Positions 53,173 to 64,000 of a DNA stretch of 64,000 nt are shown one piece after another. The notes beneath the pieces are model-generated. The model had not been told where the DNA came from and searched no databases. It worked only from the letters and a program-made list of their open reading frames with translations. The first letter of the stretch is position 1. Each line of letters opens with the position of its first letter. The stretch lies in NCBI GenBank assembly GCA_951406725.2, contig OX597820.1:91512001-91576000 (forward strand), given 5' to 3'. A program made the position numbers and the translations under genes. This DNA comes from Octopus vulgaris (Eukaryota).

Positions 53173-53795
53173 TATTAGAATAGGAGTTTTTATATGAATA
53201 TCCAAAAATGTTTGCCGTAAACGAACATAAATTATATTCATATACACATATACATATATACAATTATAGCTGTGTTTGTAAGTGTGTGTATGTGTGTGTG
53301 CAGGCGTGTAGGAGAGTGTGGATTTTACTTGCGTGTACTTTTGTAGCTGCATGCACATCTCATATGATGTTTTCTTCGTACAAAGCAATCGGTTAGACTA
53401 CATAACCACAACGATATTCCCCTCCATATATAATTTGGTAGAAATGTACTTTGAATACTCCATTTTTCGTGGTCGTAACTGATTAGTATAATATATAATT
53501 CAATATGTTTGCATGATATTAAAATTGTTGTCTGAACACTTTGAAACGTGACCACGTTTCCTTTGAAATTTAAAACTGCTGTTTCTCAATTTTTCCAACC
53601 ATTTTCTAATCAATAACTTTTTTGCTGATTACAACAAAATTAGAACAAAATATATTAGGTCGTTGAGAAAATATAGTCAGTATTACCTAAAGCATTAAAT
53701 CATTTAAATTTTAGACAAGACAAAGAAACAGAAATAATTAATACATAATACGACGCGAACTTATATTACATTAAGTTGATATAATTATGCAATAG

Positions 53796-53834
<39 letters not shown>

Positions 53835-53993
53835 TTAATAATAATAATAATAATAATAACAATAATAATAGTAATGACGATAATGATGATGGTGATGATG
53901 ATGGCGGTGATGATGATGATGATAATGAAAATGATAATTATAATGACGATGATAATAATGATAATAATAATAGTAGTAGTAGTAATAGTAGTA

Positions 53994-54059
<66 letters not shown>

Positions 54060-54071
54060 ATAAAAATAATA
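53796..54071. repeat. compound (TAA)n(TGA)n(TAG)n microsatellite
   Basis: Direct inspection. It creates the false N-terminus of ORF 53874-54833. Confidence 0.95.
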
Positions 54072-55129
54072 CAACAAATTCCGGAATTAGACACAAAAGA
54101 AACAAGCACAGAAAAAGCTAAGCGCATGAAAACCCGTGCTAAAACTGGTGCCTTAGATATTCTGAATGATAAATGGCAAGAAAAATCTCTCAATGGCAAA
54201 TACCCAAAGAGAGTGAATAATGCAGATGTTGACAAAGCCCTGACCCATCAATGGCTAATGGCCTCTGGCTTAAAATCTGAAGCAGATGGGTTTATCATAG
54301 CAGCTCAAGATCAATGCCTACCTACAAGGAACTACCAGGCCAACATATTAAAGAACAGCAGTAGCCCAACATGTCGTGTATGTCAACAACAAAATGAAAC
54401 CATTGATCATGTTGTCTCCAAGTGCAGTCTTCTTGCGCCTACAGAGTATCTCAACAGGCATGATAGAGCTGCGCAATATATTCACTGGGTAATTTGCAAA
54501 AGCCTGGACTTACCCCATGATAAAAACTGTTGGGAACACAAACCACCTCCAGTGCTTGAAAATGACCACATCTCACTCCTCTGGAACTTCACCATTCAAA
54601 CTGACAGAAAGATAGACGCGAATAGGCCAGACATCATACTAAAAGACTTCAGACTAAAAACATGCCTCCTCATTTATATGACTGTCCCAATCGATATAAA
54701 GGTATCTGTCAAGACCTACCAGAAACTGAGCAAATATAAAGATCTGGAAATAGAAATCAGAAAAATGTGGAACCTGAAGACTAAAACAATACCTGTTGTC
54801 ATGTGCCCTGGGAATGATAGCAAAAGGGGCTGATTTCTACCTAACTCAGATACCAGGAAAACCCAAAATGGCAGAAATTCAAAAGATAGTGCTCATGGGA
54901 ACTGCTCATATGCTACGCAAAATACTTTCTTTGTAATTTCAATTTTTAAAACAAACTATGTTTTTTTGTAGGGATTTTTAGGCATTCACTAGTAGAACAC
55001 TAAGTACAAAACCAAATATTTGGCACCCTAGGCATAACACCAACATGAACTTTCAACTTGTTGTCTCTTGAGGTCTCTGGGTGAGACTTGGAGCCAGCTT
55101 GTGCAAATCTAAAGCAAAAGTCAAACATA

Positions 55130-55130
<1 letters not shown>
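54068..55130 (+). mobile_element. young 5'-truncated Dong/R4-clade non-LTR retrotransposon
   Basis: GFIIAAQDQCLPTRNY, CCHC knuckle CRVC...ETIDHVVSKC, RHD, NRPDII, KLSKYKDL. One frameshift near 54800, then ...VLMGTAHMLRKILSL* (54934-54936). The 3'UTR ends at (AAT)n from 55131. Confidence 0.95.
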
Positions 55131-55191
<61 letters not shown>

Positions 55192-55212
55192 GTAATAACA
55201 AGCATAACAATA

Positions 55213-55490
55213 ATTTATGTATCAATCCCAATGTATTTCTAAAAGAAACAGAAAATCTGTGAAAAACAAAAATCTGGAAATAGAGGTTACTCAAATATGG
55301 AGCCTAAAATCAGAAACAACTCCTATAATAGTAGTTAGGTATAATTTTAAAAATACATACATACAGATACATAATCAAAACACCTTGATTTCCGAATATA
55401 TATAATATACATAAAATAGCACTACTTATGCACAGGCTCAAATTTCGCTAACGTGACCACAATAGTAACAACTATAAACACGCATGCGCA
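55213..55490 (+). mobile_element. older Dong/R4-like 3' fragment
   Basis: KNLEIEVTQIWSLKSETTPIIV parallels KDLEIEIRKMWNLKTKTIPVV of the adjacent element. Confidence 0.75.
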
Positions 55491-56148
55491 GTAGGCTGTG
55501 CGACAATGATATAAAGGTTATAGCGAAAGTTCGGATAATATTTTACTTCCCCTCATATATACTCAAACGAAAGGTAAAAGGGAAGAAAGTGAATAATCAA
55601 CACCGATAGGTGCATTTAGTGCATCGTGGCTGAAATCCGTTCTTTAATAGAATTTGTGTTAACGCAACACAGAAAGTTTCATGCTCACACATGCAGGCAT
55701 GCACGCACGCAACACATTATAACAGAACACAATCGTGGCAAGGTGTGCATATGTTGTGAGAGAAAGAGAAACAGAAAGCACCACAATTAGAGAAATAGAG
55801 AGATAGGGGGAAAAGAAAGAAAGAAAGAAAGAAAGAAAGACTTAGATCGGTAGATAGATATATGAATTGGTAGATTAAATATCTGAAAAACGATATGCAC
55901 AAAAAGAGAACGATGGCATTTCGTTAAAGTATTAATATTTTCTGTTTGAATATTGTTTAAAATGAGAAACTTCAGACACTGTGTTTATTACAAAGAAGAT
56001 TATGATGAAACAACATCCAGTATATTTTCAATCGATCAACAATTCACGTGTGTTTTCATTTTTACATAATTTTAAATAGAGACCTGGATGATAAATATAT
56101 TCATTTTCTCTGTGTTGTCTCTGCAAACGCTCATGCAAACACAGACGT

Positions 56149-56193
56149 ATCTTTCTTTCTATCTATCTATATATCTATCTATATATCTATCTT

Positions 56194-56246
<53 letters not shown>

Positions 56247-56247
56247 A

Positions 56248-56310
<63 letters not shown>

Positions 56311-56315
56311 ATATA
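56149..56315. repeat. (TCTA)n microsatellite
   Basis: Direct inspection. Confidence 0.95.
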
Positions 56316-56820
56316 TCTATATATATAAAACTCTAGTTGTGTGAGTGTCTGTCCCCTTCGATTTAGATTCCTAACTCCTCCCACATTTTGCGGTGCAGTT
56401 TAACCAAATTCGGGTATCTTATAGTCGTGATTCATATCGAGCTCGTCTGACTATTAGCGCGCGTCAACGATGAGTCTACGATTTTAAAAATAATTTAACA
56501 TCATTTTTTATTCCATTTTAATGCATGAAATGCATCGTATGTCGATGGCGGCAGAGTTGGCGTCCACGCTCACAGCTGCACCTGTTTGCTTCTCCCCCTT
56601 CCCTCCCTCGTGAAGCTGTGGGGAAGGGAGTGTAAAGAAATCAACGTCGTAATGCGTTGTGAAGGAAACCAGCGTTCTTTTAGAACAACGACTTCATGGC
56701 TTGAAGACACCAAAACAAAAATGGCTAAGAAAGCCCGAATTTATAAGGGAAGTAACTCTCTAAAAATGCTTATATAGTTATTTCCCTTACAAACCCGAGC
56801 AACGCCGGGCGATACAGATA

Positions 56821-56821
<1 letters not shown>
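56316..56821 (+). mobile_element. non-autonomous Helitron
   Basis: 5' A|TCTATATATATAAAA; subterminal hairpin CCCG-AGCAACGC-CGGG (56794-56809); 3' ATAG|T (variant of CTAG); no TIR or TSD. Confidence 0.8.
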
Positions 56822-56871
<50 letters not shown>

Positions 56872-56949
56872 CGCACTTTCGCTATAACTTTATACATTTA
56901 ACATTGTCGCAAAGTCTTCTGCACGTGCATGTTTATAGTTGGTACTATA

Positions 56950-57529
56950 GGCGTAGGAGTGGCTGTGAGGTAGGTTACTTGCTTACGAACCACATGTTTC
57001 CGGGTTCAGTCCCACTGCGTGGCACCTTGATCAGGTGTCTTCTACTATATGCGCAGGAGTGGCTGTGTGGTAAGTAGCTTGCTAACCAACCACATGGTTC
57101 CGGGTTCAGTCCCACTGCGTGGCATCTTGGGCAAGTGTCTTCTGCTATAACCCCGGGCCGACCAATGCCTTGTGAGTGGATTTGGTAGACGGAAACTGAA
57201 AGAAGCCTGTCGTATATATGTGTATATATATGTATGTGTGTTTGTTTGTGTGTCTGTGTTTGTCCCCCTAGCATTGCTTGACAACCGATGCTGGTGTGTT
57301 TATGTCCCCGTTACTTAGCGGTTCGGCAAAAGAGACCGATAGCATAAGTACTGGGCTTACAAAAAAAAAAGAATAAGTCCCGGGGTCGAGTCGCTCGACT
57401 AAAGGCGGTGTTCCAGCATGGCCGCAGTCAAATGACTGAAACAAGTAAAAGAGTAAAGAGTAAAGAGTATAGTCTCGGGCCGACCAAAGCTTTGTGAGTG
57501 GATTTGGTAGATGGAAACGGAAAGAAGCC

Positions 57530-57566
<37 letters not shown>

Positions 57567-57800
57567 TGTATATATGTATGTATGTGTGTGTATATGTTTG
57601 TGTGTATGTGTTTGTCCCCCAACATCGCTTGACAACCGATACTGGTGTGTTTACGTCCCCGTAACCTAGCGGTTCGTCAAAAGAGACCGATAGAATAATT
57701 ACTAGGCTTAAAAAGAATAAGTACTGGAGTCGATTCGCTCGACTGAAAGGCGGTGCTCTAGCATGGCCACAGTCAAATGACTGAAACGAGTGAAAGTGTG
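56950..57800 (+). mobile_element. SINE family B copy (56950-57049 plus 57468-57800) with a second full copy nested inside (57050-57467)
   Basis: The outer copy breaks at ...GTCTTCTACTATA and resumes at TATAGTCTCGGGCCGACC; TATA is duplicated. Confidence 0.9.
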
Positions 57801-59824
57801 AAATTTATATATATATATTTAAATCAATTTGTGTACATGTACTTTGCATGTGTGTGTGATGGTGTGCATTTTAGCTATGGACACGCATTTTAGTGCATAT
57901 ATATTTTAGTTTCATATTTATGGAGGTCTTTCTATATATTCTTAATTATATTTAATGCTAGATATTTAAATGCTTTTACTTTCGTATAGTTTCATATTGC
58001 ATTCTTAAAATCAACATTTGCTACAAATGAACCAACCATAACATTACTTGTTATAGTTTCCCTTGCACGCACCTCCTAATATTTTTCGGTGTACATAAAC
58101 TTAACAAAAATGAGAGATATATCTACTGCATTATTGAATTTAGCTAAGACTTCTCTTTGTTGTAATTGACTAAATTATATCTAAAGTCTAGTAGTAGCCA
58201 GCATGATGAATTACAATTAGTATTCAACGGAAAGGATTTGCAAGAAGAAAAAAAAAACAGAATCAAATGGAATTACAACTGTAGTTTTGCGTTTCAATCT
58301 TGTTTTTAATTTATTGCCTGTTGCTTTTGTTATCCTTAACATTATTTGTTTGTTTATCTACTTTTTTCTCCCGCTGCTTTAAAACTCTTTCGTTTCCTAT
58401 TCTATATTTCCCTTGTCTTTCCCACTCCCTTTTTATTCAATGTTTTTGTTCATTTTAATTACTTGCTTTTATTTTATTTTTGTTTTACTTTTTATTCACT
58501 TCACTTTCCTATTTTATATTTCCCTCACATTTCTTTCGATTCTCCATTCTCCCAGCTCCACGAGCTACTCTTCCTTTTTCTCTTTTTCTTTTTTATCTAT
58601 CTTTCATTATCTACTCACATTTCTATTCTCTGTTGTAAATTCCACTTATTTAGTTGCGAAGCCAGTGAATTAATTTTATCTATATTAACCTGATTTCTCG
58701 ATTCTTTAATTTGAATTATTTCAGTTTTGCTTTGACAATGCAATATACGTGCTTACATCCCAGCTCCGATCAGCATTGCCTGCTACGTTCATTCACCATC
58801 GGGTGAAGAAGGCGGCAACTGTAGTTTCCGCATTAATAACATTTGTAGTACGAAGGGAAGCATAACAATGCATCAGGCATTTCTGAGATTAAATTGCCAG
58901 AGTTGGTTTCATCAGCAAACAATTTCTATACACTGGCACTGCAGTATGTAAAAAGAGCAAATAAATAAACAGCTTTTGAAAACATGCTCCAGCTGTAAGA
59001 ACTACAATATACTTGATGCTCAATTTAGTTTCTTCCATCTAATTTGATTAAACACTTAAGTTAGTATCACTCCCTTCCCACATTCATCTCTGCAACGTAG
59101 GGTTGTTAATTAGCAATAATCCCATACCGACGCCAGTCATATTTGCATCAATATTATTAGTGAAATAATGATTTTTTAAAAAGAAATGTTTATACTATAT
59201 ATTTTTGCTGGAATCGTATTCATAGATATAAAGTTAAGAGTTACGTTAAAGCGATTGAGCAGTAGTGAGATAGAATTTCCTAGAGAATCTTATATGTTAC
59301 AGAATAATCTTTACGGGCATGTTTACAATGATACTGTTATAATCTATGACAGTACTTATGACCATTAATATGAAGAATTTGTACCTTTTGGTTGTTCAAA
59401 AGAAGACTAATATGATGTAAAATATATAGAACTGAAACTAAGCTTTTGATTATACTACGATCATAGTATCAAAATTTCGGTCGTCTCAATATTGATAATA
59501 TAGAATGCAGTCTCTTCTTTCATAAGAGTTACTTTTAGAATCATTGAATACATATTACCATTTCTGAGAACAATGATAAAAAATGCATAGTGATGACAAA
59601 GCCTTCCAATGTTAAACGAATGCACATAGAAGATGCATATAAATACATAAAGAAAGAATATTTCTGAAGAAATAGATATACTTGTATCTAAATATCATAA
59701 TTAGGAGAAAACTGAATAATATGAAAATACATTTTTAATGACTTTCGTGAACAAAGCGTGAAAAATTGAGATTTATTGGAACTGTTGCCTGTATCTCAAC
59801 CTAGAAGTAACTTTTAAGCTTTCC

Positions 59825-60010
59825 TTATTTCAATCATCGGGCTATGTCTGTATGGGTGCACTGACTTGAAGAGTTTTTAATCGAACAAATTGACGCCCCT
59901 TCATATAATTTTCAAGTGTGGTACTTGTTCTATTGGCATTCTTTTGCCAAACCGCTAAGTTACGGTGAGGTAACCAAACTAACGTCAGTTATCAAGCTGT
60001 GTGAGAAGCA
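59825..60010 (-). mobile_element. degenerate family B SINE 3' part
   Basis: CTTTTGCCAAACCGCTAAGTTACGG and TCGAACAAATTGAC match the family B copies. Confidence 0.6.
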
Positions 60011-60637
60011 GAAATACAAAATAAACTAAGCATCGAAAAAGCCGAAAAGAACCCAAAAGTGCATACCAAATAGTTATAACATATTATCGAATATTTTTAG
60101 GTATACTGCCCTAAATTATAAAGGAAAAATCATGTCAATATGTGGCATAAAAATAACCATTGCCATCATCAAACGAAATGGTGACAATTGAAAGTTTCAG
60201 AGTCATGAAATTCTGTGAAAGCTAAAGATTAGCAATTTGGCAAATAATTTTTCGCAATAAGACTTGTAATCGGGTAAAGAAATAGTCCCTTGTAGTAAGA
60301 GGAAGGACACTGGATATTAAAAGAACATTAGACACGATATGCCTAGAGACAAAGAAATAGAATAAATATATGATCAAGTGTGCAAAGTGGTAAAAGTAGA
60401 ATATAGACTATTTGCTGGATTTTATGATTTAATTAATGCAAAATGCGTACATGCATCATATAGTGTAAACTGCAAATGTGGCTAAAAATTATAGAATATA
60501 AAACTATCAGTTAAATCTCCAACGTCAATATATATCTCACTAAATTTAAATATATGAAACAGGTATCGCCACTCATTGTCATGTACAAGAACATATGTGC
60601 ACATGCACACACCGACATGTGTATGTATGTATGTATA

Positions 60638-60985
60638 CAGGAGTGGCTGTGTGGTAAGAAAGTTATTTCCTAATCACATAGTTCCGGGTTCAGTTCCACT
60701 GAGTGACACCTTCGGCAAGTGTATCCTAGGAAAGCCTCGGGCCAACCAAGATCTAGTGACTCTATCTGGGAGTTGGAAACTGATAAAGACCCTTGTATAT
60801 ATGTATATATATGCGTGTGTATGTGTGTGCATGTGTGTGTCATTTTACCTATGGTTTTCCGTCACCACCGCATCAAAACCGGTGTTAATGTGTTTACGTC
60901 CTTGTTACTAAGCTGTTCGGCAAAGAGTCCGATAAAATGCGTACCAGGCTTAAAAAATAATAAATACAGGTGTCGATCCACAGTG
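60638..60985 (+). mobile_element. diverged SINE family B copy
   Basis: GGAGTGGCTGTGTGGTAAG...CCGGGTTCAGTTCCACTG...TTCGGCAAAGAGTCCGATA. Confidence 0.85.
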
Positions 60986-61539
60986 TAATTACTGAAAAAA
61001 AGCAGAATATACAAGATATACATACGTTAAGAGTAGATTGGAGCAACTTGAATTGAAGGGTTTTGCTCAAGAACAAAACTCGTCACCGGGAATAGAACGC
61101 ACGACATTACGATTGTGCACACATGTTCTTGTATACTGTATCCATTATGCCATTAAATTGTCACTAATTAAATTGTCCAAGAACCAAAAATATCAATATA
61201 ATTTCGATTAACATATAGTAAACATGATATATGCGAATTATTAAGTTCACATCTTGAAATGAACAAAGACTAAGAAATCAAAGTTTAAAGAAGTTAAAGT
61301 TTAAACAAAGGTATTTAAAAAGTTTATATAAATTTCAGACAGTATAATAATTTTTAACGCTCATACGATTTTGGATGTATGTTGAGTTACTTTGTTTGGA
61401 ATTTAGTTGTAAATGATTAATTACAGTGTATATCTAATCGTCCAACAACTTGGATTTCAATTTTAATTTTTAACGCTTACGCAAGTAACTTATTGTTGTG
61501 CAGAAACATTTTAAATCGAGATACAAATAACAGTTAGCA

Positions 61540-62540
61540 AAAAAGATTGCTGTCTAAACTTTGAGCTACTTCTTGTCATCATAATTGCAAGTGCTCCTTG
61601 TAAAGAAACAGCTGAGGTTTACAATCTCTAATCCAAATGCAGGCTTAAAAGACATTGCTTTTTAGATGCAATATCTCTGTTCCTCGACTTGCGACAGAAA
61701 ATTTTCAGTCTCAGGAGATCAACCAGTGTAAGTTTCTTTGGAATATAAACTGCTTCCAAGCTGTACGAGAGCCTCTTTTCCTTGAGGTGACAAGAATCTG
61801 GTGTCACAGCCTATCAATGACTGGCATTTACTCTGGAAACTAATCACATTAATGCATGGATAAGTTTCCATAAAAAATACAAACAAATTCAACATGTGCA
61901 TCACTTGGGAGACGCATCTACAAAAGTATGCTGATGGGTTTGAAGACAACATATGTCAGAAAACTTCTTCCAAATTACCAAGGTTATACGTTCACTGCTC
62001 ATACCGTTGTACTATTCTCTTAAGTCGTGTCTTCTGTTCACATTTATTTTAATAGAAAACTAGCAATCTGTTTCTTTTTTTGTTGGTGCGTTGCGGGAAG
62101 ATGTTATCATGTTTATTAAACATTTCTTCCTGGATTATATCTCGTAGTTCTCGGTCGTGTTTCTTTTCTTTTAACAAATTAACAGAGGCTGCACTTGGGT
62201 AGTCATCACACACTTTATCATCTCTTATTACCAGATCTGCATTTCCTATATTCAGAATATCAAGCAAGAGGTCTATAAAATGAAAGGAAATCACGATGAC
62301 TTATACCTCCTTTCTCTTCATTACACGACTCAGTTGTCACCATGACAATTATTTATTTCTGTGACTTGTACTACAACGCAGCCTATGTCTCTACTAGTCA
62401 GGATCTAATGCGTTAGCTGGGCAACGTTTTCAAAGATACCTGTCAATGCAGTAAATTCTTTTTCTTCAAAGTCTTTTTTTAAGTATTGGCTATTTGAAAC
62501 TTTCGATTGTTTGAGATAGTGGTCATTGTAACTCATTAAT
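61540..62540 (-). mobile_element. probable decayed Academ-type DNA transposon ORF (XPG/PIN-like nuclease region)
   Basis: One minus frame over about 240 codons with 5 stops carries ordered degenerate motifs: RDDKVCDDY (~RxDxVFDxY), KHDRELR, NKKRNRLLVF (~NKxxLxxFL), NLEEVF*HML (~HEEADxxM), SLIGCDTRFLSPQGK (~GCDTxxxxxGKGK). Confidence 0.55.
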
Positions 62541-62581
62541 AAAAAAAGAGTATATTGTCATTATTTGATATATTGCATATA

Positions 62582-62650
62582 AAGTGGCAAGCTGGCAGAA
62601 TCGTTAGTACGCAGGACAAAATACCTAGCGGTAGTTCGTCCGTCTTTACT
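62582..62650 (+). mobile_element. SINE family A 5' head only
   Basis: GTGGCAAGCTGGCAGAATCGTTAG...TAGCGGTAGTTCGTCCGTC. Confidence 0.75.
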
Positions 62651-64000
62651 TTTTTCAGAATTATTTCTGAATTATTTCCATAGAACCTGGTGTTCACGAA
62701 TGTACGCTCATATCACAAACGAAGAATTCTATATAGATAAAAATGTAGTTGAAAATACGATCATATGCATATATATATGCATATATATGACATCACAGAT
62801 TTGTGCAGTTGATCATTAGGAGAACGTTAGAGTTATTCGGAGTAATTTTACTACCTGCAATTCATGAATATGTAATACGGATGACTGTGTAATTTAGGTT
62901 CATATTTATAACGTGATAACCAAAATAATGATTAAATATTGTTTGGCACCCATTTTAAGTTGACTTGCTCCGTTTGGAGTAACTTATGGACTCCTTACTT
63001 AAACAATATTCGTTAACATTGCGTATATTCAAATCAACACGCATCAAACAAACGTGGGATCAAAGACGCTGCAGGTGCTAACGATGCATTCAACCTTCAA
63101 ACCGTATTTATATTGGAAGCAATATTCGGTAGATCCTTTTGGTAAGTGTGAACTGGCAGATATTCAGCTGGTATATCTAACCGATGCTACTACCGCATAA
63201 TGAAGTGCCCTTGAGTTATTTTTTAAAAATATGTTAGTTTTATGTTAGTACATTCAAATAAAATATACCAAGCTGCAAAACGAAGAAGAATATAACACTA
63301 CAATAATGAGGCAACTTCAAAATATTAAATAATTTAAAAAAGATTTCAGAAAATAGTTACTGGGAACAATGAACTCATCATTCAATCAATTCATATATGT
63401 TGTATAAGAGTAAAACACCATTCGCTTAGTTGATTATAATAACTCGGTATATTACTTATAACTATGCTTTACTATATAATTATGTAACAAATACGTATTG
63501 GAAATATACTATAATCGCGATATTTGACGAAAGGACAAAGGTCGCTCTCATAAATAAATATATCGTTATTGAAATGCGTTAGCTCGCAAGAACCTCTTTT
63601 ATTGATAGGTCTTAAGGTTGCATTCATATTGTGTATTTGATGATAAATTATACAGTAGATCAACATTGATTTACTCACGCAGATAATGTTTGTTTGTTTC
63701 AGAAACAGTCGTCTTTAGTATGAAAGTGTGAAGTTAAAATCTTACATTATTAATTTAAATATACCATATACGATCATATTGTATGTATACCGTTAAAGGT
63801 TTTTGCATAATTTCCTATATTTTACATTGAATCCTAATATGTTACATATACGAGTTCAATTTTACCTAATCTTTATAACAATATTATTTCTCAATAGTAC
63901 ATGCTAGTAAGAAGCTTAGTAATGAATACCTGTACCAAATTATGCTTCCATCAATAATCATTAGTACATGGTGTGGCTTCTGTTGGACAGGACGCAAATG

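Noticed and set aside
53874-54833. 319-aa ORF as a host membrane protein gene
   Set aside because: The N-terminus is microsatellite and the rest is a truncated retrotransposon C-terminus.

Overview
AT-rich eukaryotic DNA, intergenic or from a large intron, saturated with microsatellites. The tRNA-derived SINE families resemble those of octopus (coleoid cephalopod); this is recalled from memory, not searched. No intact host protein-coding gene, rRNA, true tRNA or CRISPR array can be supported. Most ORFs in the track are translations of (TA)n/(CA)n/(TAA)n repeats. The window holds three SINE families (about 20 copies, some with clear TSDs, one dimer, one nested) and a decayed Tc1 DD34E transposase. 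It also holds a decayed Hero/NeSL-like RLE LINE, several Dong/R4-like RLE LINE fragments (one young, sitting in a trinucleotide microsatellite), a non-autonomous Helitron, a piggyBac-like MITE and a probable Academ (XPG/PIN) remnant. The most notable signal is a set of hammerhead-ribozyme motifs from four different short elements, each abutting (TA)n and probably Penelope-like pLTR or retrozyme-type pieces. One has a perfect catalytic core (10213-10280, minus); another has an unusually large structured stem II (3708-3815). Long fold-back hairpins and a probable locally templated insertion are also present.
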